DNA of 64,000 nucleotides from Octopus sinensis (GCF_006345805.1 NC_042999.1:114638001-114702000), one strand, 5' to 3'; shown: positions 24,614 to 38,494, counted from the first letter of the stretch. Numbers and translations are program-made. Notes: generated by a model from the letters alone, not told the origin.

Positions 24614-25438
24614 TGTGCGCGCGTGTGAGTGTGTGTGTATACACACACACATATATACATATGCATATATATGTCTGTGTGGATGTGTATGTATGTATGT
24701 GTGCATGTGTCTTGCTTTTGTCGCTCATTCAATCTGCCTCTCTGCTACTCTCCGAATGTACTTATACACGAGTATATACGATGTGCGTGTGTGTGTGAGA
24801 GAGTACGCACATCATATGCATATATGTCTATATACATACGTATATACGTATGTATATGTGCATATACATATATACATATATATATGACGACCTTCTTTAA
24901 TCACCCATCACTCCCCTCAACACATTCCTACTCTCAGCAATATTTTATAATTCCGATATGATGAATGAATGAATGGTCAAGTCTATTTGTTATTTTCTTC
25001 TTTTTCGTATTTCTGAACGTACATGAATTATTTATGTAAGCTATTGCAGTATATTTTCAACAATTCCAGAACATTCCGTTCCGTGTCTTGTGCAGAGTTT
25101 GTCTGCCAACTGCAATATTTTACCATTAATTTTGTTCTTGTTCGCGTTGCTAGTTATTGTTTGTTGTTGTTGTTGCCGCCGTTATGGTTGTTGTTGTTGT
25201 TGTTGTTGCTACAGTTATATATTGTTGTTTTTCCTTGTGTCAATAAGCTCATATCCATTTAAATAGTCCAGTCTGTCCAAACTAAGTGTCGTGGGGTACG
25301 ATGGATGGATGGATGGATGGATCTCAATTATTTCTCATGTTATTCGTTATTTTTTATATTTATCAAAAAATTTTTGAGATTGAGTGAGGCGGGAGAATAG
25401 TGAGGGTCACAGAGTAAATCTTATAGATGTATATATAT

Positions 25439-25501
<63 letters not shown>

Positions 25502-25616
25502 AATGTATATGTGAATGTACGTGTATATACAGACACACGCACATATATATATGACAAATACATATACACACATGCACACACACACACACACACACATATA
25601 CAGACTCACGCATATA

Positions 25617-26885
25617 TTGGGTTATACCATAATTAATACGGCTTTTCAGTTGCATGAGCTAAAAGTCGGAGGGGGACGGGATAAACTACCTGCATCAACT
25701 TGCTATAAAAGCAGGTAGTAATTTTACCGTGTACTTATTTTTAGCGCAAGTTTTGAAGAGTGCAGTTCGATTTTAACACTTATTTTCCAAAGCTATAATG
25801 ATAGTGACAAATGAGCATACTCGGCATAGTTTTGCGTTATGAGTTCAATAAAAGCAACAATGCAACGGAATGTTCGAGGAGAATATTAATGCAGTATACA
25901 GGAATCGGACAATAAACGTAAGCCAGTCTCAACGGTGGTTTCAGAAATTCCAAGCTGGAAACTAGAGTCTAGAAGACGAGCCTCGTTCTGAAAGACCTGT
26001 AGATCTCGACGAGGACGTCCTGCAAACCCTGATGCAACAAAATCCCATCGTAACTGTTGAGGAACTAGCAGAGAAGCTTGGATTTAGTCATTCAACCATT
26101 CATCGACACCTGTATGCCATCGGAAAAGTCAGCAAATTGGGTCAATGGGTTCCTCACAAACTTTTCGAATCTAATCGCGCACAGAGAGGGAATGTGAGCT
26201 CTTCAGTGCTGTCACATCACACGAATGAACCTTTTTAAAACGGAAATTGACTGGTGACGAGAAATGAGTTCTCTATAAAAATGTCAAGCGCCGAAGATAT
26301 TGGGTAGGGAAAGGAGAAACATCAGCACCCCAGGCTAAAGAAGGTCTTCACTCATGTAAGATGTTATTATCTTTTTGGTGGTATATGAAAGGTTTAGTCC
26401 ACTTTGAACTTCTAAACCCAAACTAAACAATAAAACAATAACAATGGAGATCTACTGCAAGTAGCTTGAGCTTAAGTCAGCGCTAGAAGAAAAACGACCA
26501 TCTTTTGGTTTCAAGACAAGAGGTGTTCTTCCATCAGGATAATGCTCGGCCACATACAGTGAGGATAACATTCTAAATACTGGAGCAGTTTGAATGCCCA
26601 ACCCAGCATATTCGCCGGACGTTGCCCCATCAGATTATCATTTATCCAGCAGTCTTCAAAATCATTTGAACGGAAAAAATATGAATTTTGTAGACGTGAT
26701 CAGAACAGTACTGGAGAAGTATTTTTCGTCACGAACAAGTGGATTTTTGAAGTCTACCAGATAGATGAGAAAGCATTATAGAAAATGAAAGAGAGTATGT
26801 TTTAGATTAAAAAAGAACGTTGTTTACCTTAATTTTGAAAAATAAAAGACGTGTTAAAAACCGCATTATTTATAGGATGACCCAA
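25617..26885 (+). mobile_element. Full-length mariner (DD34D), non-functional
   Basis: TA|TTGGGTTATACCATAATTAATACGG ... CCGCATTATTTATAGGATGACCCAA|TA. Motifs WVPHKL, TGDEK, HQDNARPH and YSPDVAPSDYHL, with stops and frameshifts. Confidence 0.93.
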
Positions 26886-26940
26886 TATACATGTTTCAAT
26901 AAAGATGTATATAAATATATATATATGAGAGTGCATATAA

Positions 26941-27011
<71 letters not shown>

Positions 27012-27515
27012 TGGATGTATTATATTCTCAAATTTAAAGCGTTATTTTTCACTTATATCCCACTACTAATGGTCTTGTGATGTAAAAATTAAAAAAAAAA
27101 ACGCAAATATAAGAGAATAACTTTTAGAAACGTCGGACAGAGTCCCACGTTTTATTAGCTCCTACTCTGTATTCTGAATTAAAATCCACCCCCAGAAACC
27201 ATCTTTATAATATATACATTACACAAACACTCACAAAATTTTCATGTGAAGTAAAAACGGTGACAATGTTTGAATGGTTATACTACTCATTTGCATTACA
27301 TACTGCATCGTCTTGTACTCTGGAAAATAGAGTACGAAAATATGCGCTTTTAGATGCGCTGAGTGTACGACAAGTTACCATAAGAGGTTAGATCTCAGCT
27401 TTCACCTACGTTGAACTCACATTCTTATATAATACAATATATAAAGCATCATTTATACGAACTAAGACTAGCACTGTACCGTAAGCCACATATCGGACAT
27501 ATATATTTGTGTGCG

Positions 27516-27576
<61 letters not shown>

Positions 27577-27581
27577 GATAG

Positions 27582-27653
<72 letters not shown>

Positions 27654-28233
27654 CGCAAATATGAGCATGTATATATAGATGTGTGTATGTATGTATGTAT
27701 GTATGTATGTATGTATGTATGTATGTATGTATGTATGTATGCATGTATGTATGTATGTATGTATGCATGCATGTATGTATCTGTATATATATATATATAT
27801 GCAATAACACAGAAGGGTGGCAGTTTTCTACAGCTGTTTCAGATGTGTTCTTTATGAAAATTATTTTCTAAGCAATGTCCGAGTCTCTATTTGCTGTCCA
27901 GCAATGTTTATTCAGACGCATTTTGTGATGTCGGATGCGAAAATACCTTAAGCTAGCCAATGAAGTCATAAAAGAATCATCCATAACTTGCAGTAAGCAA
28001 CAGTTATTAAACGTTATTACTGTTATTACTATTATTTCTTTATTTTCTGCAAGCAAAATGCACAAATAAGCTACACGTTTGCATTATGTTATATGTACAA
28101 TAATAATAAAGGACGTTACCACATACATTTTTACAAACCAAGGACGTTATATAGACCTCCCTGACTCAAGTTAGAGAAGGGGTTATTATACTCAAGGGCG
28201 GACTATTCTCGAGGATTTACGGTATATACATAC

Positions 28234-28266
<33 letters not shown>

Positions 28267-28846
28267 ATATATATTATGTTGTGTCTAGGGAGAGTCATAC
28301 TCTTTTAGTGCCTTATTACTTAACCCAGTCACCGGTTCGATTTCCACTCATTTACTTATTTATACCCCCCCACTATATATATATATATACGTGTGTAGGT
28401 GTGTATGGATATGTATATGTACAATACATGCACAAACCAACATCATAGTTATTACACTAGCATATTCATACACACATATACACGCACACGTTTGGTTAAG
28501 GAATATATAAGATCCTACACAGCAAATCTATACATTTGTCTATCGCTTGTGCATGTACAATTTTTTTATTGTTCAGCTCTCTTTCAAAATATGTCTATTC
28601 GGAAGCTGTGTGTGTTTAAGATGAAGAGGGAGGAACAGAGAAGGCGAAGGGAGAGGCAGGTTGAATATAAAAAATATGTGTTTGCAAGACAATATGAGAT
28701 GTCCAAATATTTTCCTTCAACTGGACAAATCTAATATTTAGAAATATATATTTTATGTGATGTATATATACGTTTGTGCATGTTCGTGAGTGAGTGTATG
28801 CATATATATATATATATTATATATATATATTATATATATATATATA

Positions 28847-28894
<48 letters not shown>

Positions 28895-29022
28895 ATATGT
28901 GTGTGTATATGTAAATATATACATATATATATATATATATATTATATATACACGTGTGTGTGTATATGTAAATATATATATATATATACACGTGTGTGTG
29001 TATATGTAAATATATACATATA

Positions 29023-29068
<46 letters not shown>

Positions 29069-29077
29069 TATATATAT

Positions 29078-29108
<31 letters not shown>

Positions 29109-30294
29109 TGTGTATACGCATGTGTGTGTGTTCGTGCGTGCATGTGTAAAGAGACAGAGTGAGAGAGAATGACAATATAGACAGACAGATAAACAGATAG
29201 ATAGAGACAGAAACAGAGAGAGAAAGAGATGGATGGATGGATGGATGGATGGATGGACTGAGCATTGCACATATCGTATGGCGCTGTGATACTGCCATCT
29301 TTATGACTCACAAAGTATTAAGTGACATTATTTGATAATGAAGAAAATCGGAGCGCTCTGCAAAACGGTTCAGGAAGAAACCAAAATAGCAATTTTTACG
29401 TAGTCGTTCAACCAGTTAGAAATAGCAACCAAATCTCTTTTCAACCTTATCCTAACGTCTTGAAAACAGCAGTACACACTGTTTTATGTAGTTCTCGGTA
29501 AAGTAAGGAAAAACAAAATGATGATGATTGCGATTAGAACACGTTTGACCATAGATCATTCCAATCACGTCGGACCAGGAGTTAAACAGCAACATCAACA
29601 ACGGCCTTTCCTTTACTTTTGTTGTGTGTCTATCTCCCTTGTACTGTCTTTGTGTTGTTGTTGTTGTTGTTAAGCATTCCAGCTTTCAACTACCAATATT
29701 TCTTGTATATATATACCAGTGACTATATTTTCCATTGTGTCTGACTTTTTATAAGACGATTGGATGTGATCTGAGAGAATTTGATTACTTTTTCTTCCAC
29801 GTCAAGTCACTGTATTGAGGCTCCCCTTATCTCGTCTTTATGGTATTTCAGTTCTTTGTAGAAACGAAGCGTTACTTTGTAGTTAGTAGACAATATTCCT
29901 CTGTGAAATTTCAGCAAAAGTACTAAATTTTTCACGTTTCTGTTTAACTTCTTCATAAAATGCAATGAATATGAAGAATTGATTTGGCTATTGCTGATAT
30001 TCCTTCTGAAAAGTTTGCTTCTATTCTGATGATATTTGTCTCCTTAACTAATCATAAGATCATTGCGATAATAAAGCTAACTAAAAGTACGCTCATTTTA
30101 ATGATAACTAGCCAAATATACGATCGCCGTTATCATAAATAACAAGATATATGATTATGCTAATGGCAGAACACTAAGAAAATATAATATTGTAATAATA
30201 ACTAAACGAATATAAAATTATTGTGATAGTAACAAACCACATATAAGCTTGTTGCAATGATATAACACCAGCCGTCTATGTATCATATATATAT

Positions 30295-30596
<302 letters not shown>

Positions 30597-30776
30597 CTAA
30601 CTATATATGTGTTTGTAATGATAGAACGAAAACCATATATACGATTATTGTAATAATATAGCTTTAATCAATTTTAAAAAAATATTGTAATAATAACAAC
30701 TCTTACCAAATGCAAGATTAATAAAATGCTTTACTTTTAACCAGCTTTTAAGATATTTGAAGTTATATAACTCCAG

Positions 30777-30918
30777 CAGGGCCGGCTCAAGGTACGGGCA
30801 TCTCGGGTTGTCGCCCGAGCCCCCAGGTACTAGGTGGCGCATTGGGGTGCGTGACAAAGACAAGGAAATTTCCACGACCGTCAGCTTGTACAAGCCGAAG
30901 GACCAACCCCGGACTCTG
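30777..30918. mobile_element. GC-rich short non-autonomous DNA element
   Basis: Begins CAGGGCCGGCTCAAGG with internal hairpin CTCGGG-ttgtcg-CCCGAG; decayed right end CCGGACTCTG. Confidence 0.4.
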
Positions 30919-30944
30919 GTGATGTTAACTCTAACCAAATATTG

Positions 30945-31284
30945 ATTTCAAATTTTGGTACAAGGCCAGAAAGTTCGGGGGAAGGGTTAAGTCGATTACG
31001 TCGACCCCAGTACTCAACTGGTACTTATTTTATCGACCCCGAAAGGATGAAAGGTAAACAGTAATAATAAGCCTTTCTACTTTAAGCACAAGGCCTGAAA
31101 TTTTGTGGGAGGGCAGTAGTCAATTACATCAACCCAAGTGCTTCACTGGTACTTAATTTATCGACCCCCAAAAGAATGAAAGGCAAAGCCGACCTTGGTG
31201 GAATTTGATCTCAGGACGTAAAGATGGACGAAATGCTGCTAAGCATTTTCCCCGGCTTGCTAACGATTCTGCCAGCTCGCCGCT
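30945..31284 (-). mobile_element. Two tandem SINE family A copies (30945-31057 partial; 31074-31284 full)
   Basis: TATCGACCCCGAAAGGATGAAAGG-type core twice; head CTAACGATTCTGCCAGCTCGCCGC. Confidence 0.88.
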
Positions 31285-31499
31285 TTACTCACATCAGATA
31301 TTAATAATTATAGTATAAGTTTAACACTAGCATCAAGAACTGCAGGAAAACAAGACCCAAAATCTACACACCCGGAAAAAGAAAACAAGCTTTACCATCC
31401 TCTCCGAATCATTATCAAATATCAGAAAGAAAACGGAGCAGCCGAGAGAGAGAGAGGGGGGAGGAGGGGAGAGAGGGGAAGGGGGTAAATGGTCAAAGC

Positions 31500-31696
31500 A
31501 GTGAATTGGCTGAATCGTCAGCAAGTCGGACAAAATGCTTAGCAGCATTTCGTCCGTCTGTGTTCAAATTCTGCCGAAGCTACTTTGTCTTTCATCTTTT
31601 CTGGGTAGATAAAAGAATTATCACTTAAGTAATAGGATCGATGTTAATCAACTTCCCTTCTCCACAAAAACTGCCGGCCCAGTGCCAAAATTTGAA
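31500..31696 (+). mobile_element. SINE family A
   Basis: GTGAATTGGCTGAATCGTCAGC...GTTCAAATTCTGCCGAAG...GTGCCAAAATTTGAA. Confidence 0.8.
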
Positions 31697-32479
31697 TTAT
31701 TTCACATAGTGGCGAACACCTAGCATTTAAAGTTGATTTTGTGGCATATCATTGACCTCTAATTTTATTACCGGTTGGAATTATTAATGCTGAACATCAC
31801 AAATAAGTTTGACCCAAGCAATGGAGATATACGAATATTAACATTGCGGTACACTTGTCTAATCTGATAGAAAATAAAATGGGTGTCTTTTTCCTAACTT
31901 GAACTATAAAATACATTAGCTTACAAATATATTACATGGAAAGGAAAAACATATTTGCTACAGGTACAAAGAATAGCAGAACGACCCATCACCGTCTCAC
32001 TGTACCAAACTAGCCTGTTTGGAAATCATTGCATAAATGTCTTTGGAAAAGCTTGAACGTGACAATTTGATATTTTCTTTCTCCGAAAGTATCACAGGTT
32101 TCTTGCCTATGTATGAAATAATTATTTAGTTCATATTGCCATTAAATAATGATAACAGTAATAATGTAATGTATATAAGAAAAATTAAAGCAAGAAAGAA
32201 AACAAAAAGCGAACTATGATAATAAGGAAATTAAGAAGAAAAAAATAAATATACTGAAATATTACGAAGAGAAAGAATTAAAAAAGTGGTATGAATATAA
32301 AAGAACAAATGAAAGATAGATTGGAGGAAGACTGGATTAGTTGTATTGAAATCACAGTGGAAATCCGCTCTCATTAGAAACGAGTTTATTTTCTTTCAAT
32401 GTACATTGAACAGTGAGTGGAATAACGGCCGGTAAAGACGCAGAAATCTCTTCAAACAAGATCTGTCTGATTTCAGGCG

Positions 32480-32815
32480 CCACGTATCTCTCTGCCGAAA
32501 GCTTTTCTATATTATCTGAAATTTAGGAAAATCAAATTGTATGTGTCGGAATTAATGCGCCAAAAATTCCAATCAATTAAATGGCCGCTTTATCCTTTTG
32601 GTGACATACAAATGGTATCAGTTTCTAAGTATTGGCAGAATGTGATGTGTCGTCTGCCACGTTAAGCCGATACCAGAACGAGGTCTGTCGCTCTCCTCAG
32701 CCTAAACAAGTGAATTAGCTTTTCTTCGCAAGATCGCGTGCGCCTATTAGTCAATTATTTTCGCCCACTTAACACTGATTTATTCCCGTTAATGGAAGGT
32801 GGTGATTAATTTTTC
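32480..32815. promoter_or_regulatory. Candidate enhancer rich in homeodomain sites
   Basis: Repeat-free and CpG-retaining. Contains AATTAATG, TCAATTAAAT, CAAGTGAATTAG, TATTAGTCAATTA, CACTTAA and TGATTAAT within about 270 bp. Confidence 0.4.
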
Positions 32816-34680
32816 TCTAGCACCCCCTTTTTCCTCGTTTATTCATGCTCCTTTTTCTTCTTCCCCCTTCCATCCTTCTCTTTTTCCTACTGTTTCTTTA
32901 CCCTCCTTTCCTTTCCTTTCAGCTCTAGTAGTCTTTTTTCTTCTCTCTGTCTCTCCTCCCCCCTCTCTCTCTTTACTATCTTTATTTGGCCCAATATTCC
33001 CAGGCTAGAAATGGCCAGTACAGTGAGCTAATCATTATAAAAACTTGCCGCTGAAAACATCAATACAGAGCTATTGCTCAACAAGATGGAAAATTAGTCA
33101 AGTGCTGTGGAGGCTGTGAATCCCTCAAGGGGACTGACAGGATCATTTAGTTTTCTACTTCGGACAGGAAATATTGTCTGTGTTTTTGCGACAAGTTTAA
33201 TATCGCCTGACGAATCCTCGATTTTAGCCTTATGAACATGCCGTACATCCATTGAGCCATCAAGTCACCCCAGTTATTATTTCTCAACCACCACCACCAC
33301 CATAGGGAGCTATGGTAAAATGTTATTCAAAACTCTAGCTATTAGTTAAAGTTATGATACACTTTTGGCAGGTTGAATCACGACCAATTTGTCGCTCGAT
33401 TTCACCTCCTTAGCAGCGGACAGGTTTCAGCATAACGTTGCCTTCTGCTGATAGACACACACTGCAATGCGGTAAGTGAAGGAGAAGTCGAAGTAAAGAA
33501 AGAAACAAAACAAAAACAAAGGAGAAAGAGAAGGAGAAAAAAAAAGGGAGGTAGCGGGGAGGTAGTGAATGAAGACAGCCTTTCTATAGCAGCGGGTGAA
33601 AAGACAGAAAGAAGGTGCTGGGATAAATGCATAACTTCTCCATCCACATAGCAAAAGGGAGATGAAGGGAGGTGTAAATAATAAACAGATAAATAAAATA
33701 AAGAGAAAGAGAGGAGGGGGACAGAGAGGGTGGGAGTGGAAGGAGCAAGGCGATTAAATTGAAGCGATGAAGTTGATTAGGTTTGAAGCAATTGGTTTAT
33801 GCGAAAAATATCAGAAATGTCGTGCAGTGGAAAGTGTGTGTGTGTGTGTGTGTGTGAAAGATAGGTGGCGTTTGGTTGAGGTGCATCATTATTATTATTA
33901 TTGTTATTATTGGTGTTGGCATTATTGGTGGTGGTGGTGGTGGTGGTGGTGGTGGTGGTGGTGTCAGTGGGGAATGGGTTACTGGTGAGTGAGTGTATCA
34001 GTGTTGATGTCAGTGGTTGAAATGTTTATCGAGTGCTTGGTTTAAAGGGCTAGGCTAGGTTAACACTGCTTGTTAGAAGCATTGATGCAATCGTGTCGAG
34101 TAGAGCAATGGGCCGAGAGCAAGAGAGAGAGAGACAGAGAGACACAGAGAAAGAGAGAAAGAGATGTGGAGAAAAATAATAAAAAAAGAAACAATCAAAA
34201 ATAAGAAACATGAATGATATTAAATCATAAGATTGCGATGATATTTGTGGTGGTGGTGGTGGTGGTGGTGGTGGTGGTGTTAGTGGCCGTGGTGTTGGTG
34301 GCCGTGTGTTGGTTGCGGCGTTGGTAACACCAGTAGTGCGAAAGATAAGCACAGAAAATATATAGAAATGCATATGAAAGCAATAAATGTATTAATGGTT
34401 AAACGTTGCTTAGTTGTAAAGTAGTTTATCTTACTGACCATGCAACGATAGTATTGTATTCAATATTCTATGGAGAAAGAGGACAAACAGGAGGAGGAGA
34501 AGGAGAGATAGACACGGCGGCGAGAAGGATGTGTTACTATGAAAATGTCGCCGATTAAAAAGATCTACGTAACAACAGGTGTAAATTAAAAGAGTAGCCT
34601 CTAGAAAATATATTTATGTATTAAAGTTGAATAAACAAAGATATTAGAATCAAAGGAGTGATCAAGGTTTCAAATTCCAC

Positions 34681-35016
34681 TATGGCTATGTGGTTAAGAA
34701 GACTGCTACCCAGTCGTGTGGTTTTGGATGAAGTTCTCCCGCGCGGCACCTTGGGCAAGTGTCTTTTATTATAGTCGCCCGCCAATTAAAGCCTTGTGTG
34801 TGGACATGGTTGAGGGAAACTGAAAGGATCTCGTTGTATATATCTATCTGTGTGCATCGTTGTGTTTGTCCTCACCACCTAATGATTCAGCGAAAGAGAA
34901 CGTATCAGGCTTTAAAGAAATATAATTATTGAGATCGATTTGTTCGATAGAACCCTTCGAGGCTGTGCCCTAGCATGGCCACAATTCAATGACTGAAAGA
35001 AGTAAAAGATAGAAGA
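34681..35016 (+). mobile_element. SINE family B, older copy
   Basis: TGGCTATGTGGTTAAG...CCTTGGGCAAGTGTCTT...GCATGGCCACAATTCAATGACTGAAAGAAGTAAAAG. Confidence 0.85.
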
Positions 35017-35114
35017 TAGCATCTACTTTTTCTCTCCTACATACGGTCTCAATTATCTATGTACCCAGTAGCTGCTGTCGTTGTTGTTATAGCTTACTCT
35101 CCATGCCAACAGTC

Positions 35115-35275
35115 ATCTGACTTTACGTTCTGAGATCAAATGTTGCCGAGGTTGATTTTGCTATTCATTCTTTCGGGGTCGATAAAATGAGCACCACTTA
35201 ATCACTGGGAGTCGATGTAATCGATTAACAAGTTCCCCGTAAAATCTTTCAGGCTTTGTGCCAATAGTAGAGAGG
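35115..35275 (+). mobile_element. SINE family A, 5'-truncated
   Basis: TTACGTTCTGAGATCAAATG...CTTTCGGGGTCGATAAAATGAGCACC...GGCTTTGTGCCAATAGTAG. Confidence 0.8.
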
Positions 35276-35660
35276 ACTTATATGTGTATGTGTGTATGTT
35301 CGTATGTGTATGAGTCATGTGAGTGTCGCACTTATTTTTGCAGAGATTGGCACTGAAAATGTCTCGGAATCAAGAATGACTATCCAGCAGTTTTAAGAAT
35401 GTGAAGAGGCTTTGGTGCATCAATTTCTTATTTGCTCCAAATACAATATGATTTGAAGTCAATATTGCAACCCATCTTCTGCCATGGCCAGAGATGAAGG
35501 TATGTAATCCTCTTTCGCCTCTTTCTCCACATCTCGAATTTTATTATAACCATACCATATGATGCAAAAGAGGTTCGAGGTTAGCACTTGCCCGAGATCC
35601 GATCTCCAGCCCTCAGTATGGAAAGATAACTTGAATGCTTCTTTTCAAAGGCAGGTACGA

Positions 35661-35930
35661 AGGTATGTGGCCTAGTGGCTAGGTTGTTGCATTCATGACC
35701 GTAAGATTGTGGTTTCGATTCCGAAACCGGATAGAGCGTTGTGTTGTATGTTTGAGCAAAATACTTTGTATAACGTTGCTCCGGTCCATTCGGCTATAAT
35801 GAGTATCTCTGCAAAGAACCGGCATCCCATTCAAGAAAAGCGTTGTGACCTCGGCATCCCGTTCAAGGGGAGCGTTGTGACCATGGAAACCGTGGAACCG
35901 GCCTGATAAATCCTAGAACTCAAGACAGAA
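35661..35930 (+). mobile_element. tRNA-derived SINE family C
   Basis: Box A TGGCCTAGTGG and box B GTTTCGATTCC, followed by TTTGAGCAAAATACTT (V/CORE-domain-like) instead of a tRNA acceptor stem. Confidence 0.6.
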
Positions 35931-37475
35931 CTGCCACTACGAAAACAGGTTTCATTGAGCAGTCTCCACCATGCTGATTGTACAGATGTATTCGGCCAAT
36001 GTAAGGGAGTTTGTTAAATGAAATTTATTCTTCATGTCGACATAGAGACGGCTCAAACCTCCAAGAGGACAGTACAATTAGTTCCTTTTTTTTTAACGAA
36101 AGAAAATTATCTGAGTATCTGTCTAATTATTTTTCGACCCAAGTCCAAGTTTGGAAAATAAAGTTTGATTTGGCATGATTGGAAATCAGAACGCAAGTAA
36201 AAATATAAAATTTGGTTGGCCCTTTATATATTTTTTTTTTGTTTTCTACCGGAGGCCACATGTAAACTTGAATTCTCCCTGAAACTCGAAACATGAACTC
36301 TACACCTCAACAACGAATGACGACTACGAATCCGATGTCCGCGCTGTCCTCGGTCGACCGTCGGATGTTGACACCATCCATAAAAGATGTGAGGAACTCA
36401 TTGGCTGGAGTCGGCCCAACTCCCACTCCGGGTGAATGCCACCGCAAGTACACGTAGGTACGTTTCTACCGTTTATATATTTATGAACTTTCTCCAGCTG
36501 AATCCTTATAGCTTCATTTTATTTATATTTACATGTGTGTGTGTTTGTGTGTGTATGTATGTGTGTGTGCGCGTATGTGTACGTGCGTGTGTGTGTGTGT
36601 GTGAGATGTTTGTGTGTGCCTGTGTCTATACGAAGCTTATTTATATTTATGTGTCTGTATTTGTATGAGAATGTGTGTGTATGTTTATGTGTGTGTGTGT
36701 ACATGAGTGTATATTTATACAGATATGCACGTGCTTGTGCGTGAGTACGTGTTTGTGTATGCCTGTAGATGTTAACATACATGCATCCGTGTGTGTGTGT
36801 ATGTGTTTGTGTTTCTGTCTGTGTGTGTGTATGTGTGTGTGTGTGTTTCTGTCTATCTGTCTCAGCATGTGTGTGTGTGTACGTGTGTCTTTCTGAGCAT
36901 GCGCGCGCGCGTTTGTGTTTCTGAGCATGTGTGTATACGTTTCTGAGCATGTGTGTGTGTATTTGAATGCGTTTGGATGCATGTCTTCAAATTTAGATGG
37001 TGGTTTCATTTGTGCATCTTAAGCTTGTAATCTTGTGTGTATGTACATGTGAGCGTGTATTTGTCTGCGTGTTCGAGTGTATATGTGTGTAGTGGTGGTG
37101 GGGGTAACGTGTGAACGCATGTGTGAACGTATATATGCGTTTGTGTGTTTGTTTGAAGGAAATTGTGACTTCTGCAAGATGGATTGGTCACCTTCACAGC
37201 TGACTGCCCTTTGTTTTTATAAAAACACCAAAGGATCTTGGGGCGGAAAATATCTCTTCCGTTTCATTGACTAGTATTTCCGCTATTCTTTTACATCATC
37301 TTGATTAAAAGTCCACTTCCGTATCCCTTCTTTCCTCTTTCAGAGCACTCTCTTCCTCTCCTACCCCTATCACTTAACAGCTTATTCGTCATCTGCTTCA
37401 ATTTTTCGATATTACTAACACTGATATTGTTGTTGTTGTTGCTATTGCTTGTGTTGCTCTCGTTACTGACATTAT

Positions 37476-37519
<44 letters not shown>

Positions 37520-37520
37520 A

Positions 37521-37730
37521 AGGCGGCGAACTGGCAGAAACGTTAGCATGCCGGGCGCAATGCTTTGCGGTATTTCGTCTGTCTTCATGTTCTGAGTTCA
37601 AATTCCGCCGAGGTCGACTTTGCCTTTCATCCTTTCGGGATCGATAAATTAAGTACCAGTTGCGTACTGGGGTCGATCTAATCGACTGGCCCCCTCCCCC
37701 AAGATTTCGGGCCTTGTGCCTAGAGTAGAA

Positions 37731-37783
<53 letters not shown>

Positions 37784-38205
37784 CATTTAAGTCCGGGAAA
37801 AATGCTTAGCGGCATTTCGTCTACCGCTACGTTCTGAATTCAAATTCCACTGAGGTCGACTGTGCCTTTCATCCTTTCTGGATCGATAAATTAAGTACCA
37901 GTGAAACACCGGGGACGATGCAGCCGACTAGTCCTCTCATGCCAAATTTCAGGCCCTGTGTCTATAGTAGAAAAAATTATTACTATTATGATTCTTTTTA
38001 ATGTGGCGAGTTGGCAGAATCGTTAACATGCCGAGCAAAATGCTTAGAGGCATTTCGTCTGTCTTTATGATCTGAGTTCAAATTCCGCCGGGGTCGACTT
38101 TGCCTTTCATCCTTTCGGGGGTTGATAAAGTAAGTACCAGTGGGTCGATGTAATCGACTGGTTCTCTCTCCACAAATTTCAGGTCTTGTGCCTTCAGTAG
38201 AAAAG
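37521..38205 (+). mobile_element. Three head-to-tail SINE family A copies (37521-37731, about 37790-37975, 38001-38205)
   Basis: GTTCTGAGTTCAAATTCCGCCGAGGTCGACTTTGCCTTTCATCCTTTC-type core three times, separated by (ATT)n. Confidence 0.92.
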
Positions 38206-38266
38206 GTTTTTATTAAAAGGTGCCGAGCTGGCATCGGACAAAATGCCTAACGGTATTTTGTCTGTC

Positions 38267-38494
38267 GGCGAGCTGGCAGAAACGTTAGCACGTCGGACGA
38301 ATTGCGTAGCCGTATTTCCTCTGTCGTTACGTTCTGAGTTCAAATTCCGCCGAGGTCGACTTTTCCTTTCATCCTTTCGGGGTCGATTAATTAAGTACCA
38401 GTTACGCACTGGGATCGATGTAATCGACTTAATACCTATGTCTGTCCTTGTTTGTCCCCTCTGTGTTTAGCCCCTTGTGGGTAATAAAGAAATA
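38267..38494 (+). mobile_element. SINE family A variant with a different 3' tail, inserted into another family A copy (host 38218-38266 plus 38510-38655)
   Basis: Perfect 15-bp direct repeat GGTATTTTGTCTGTC at 38252-38266 and 38495-38509. Removing the insert restores a normal family A copy. Confidence 0.9.

Noticed and set aside
34050-34373. Proline-rich minus-strand ORF as possible Mnx exon 1
   Set aside because: The poly-P comes from a (GGT)n repeat. There is no eh1 or MPDF-like motif and no suitable donor.
35661-35730. tRNA gene
   Set aside because: Boxes A and B are present but there is no acceptor stem, and it continues into a SINE body. The same applies to the family A and B heads.
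36330-36470. HDV-like ribozyme (minus-strand TTCCTCAC resembling L3)
   Set aside because: I could not build convincing P1, P2 and P3 pairings.
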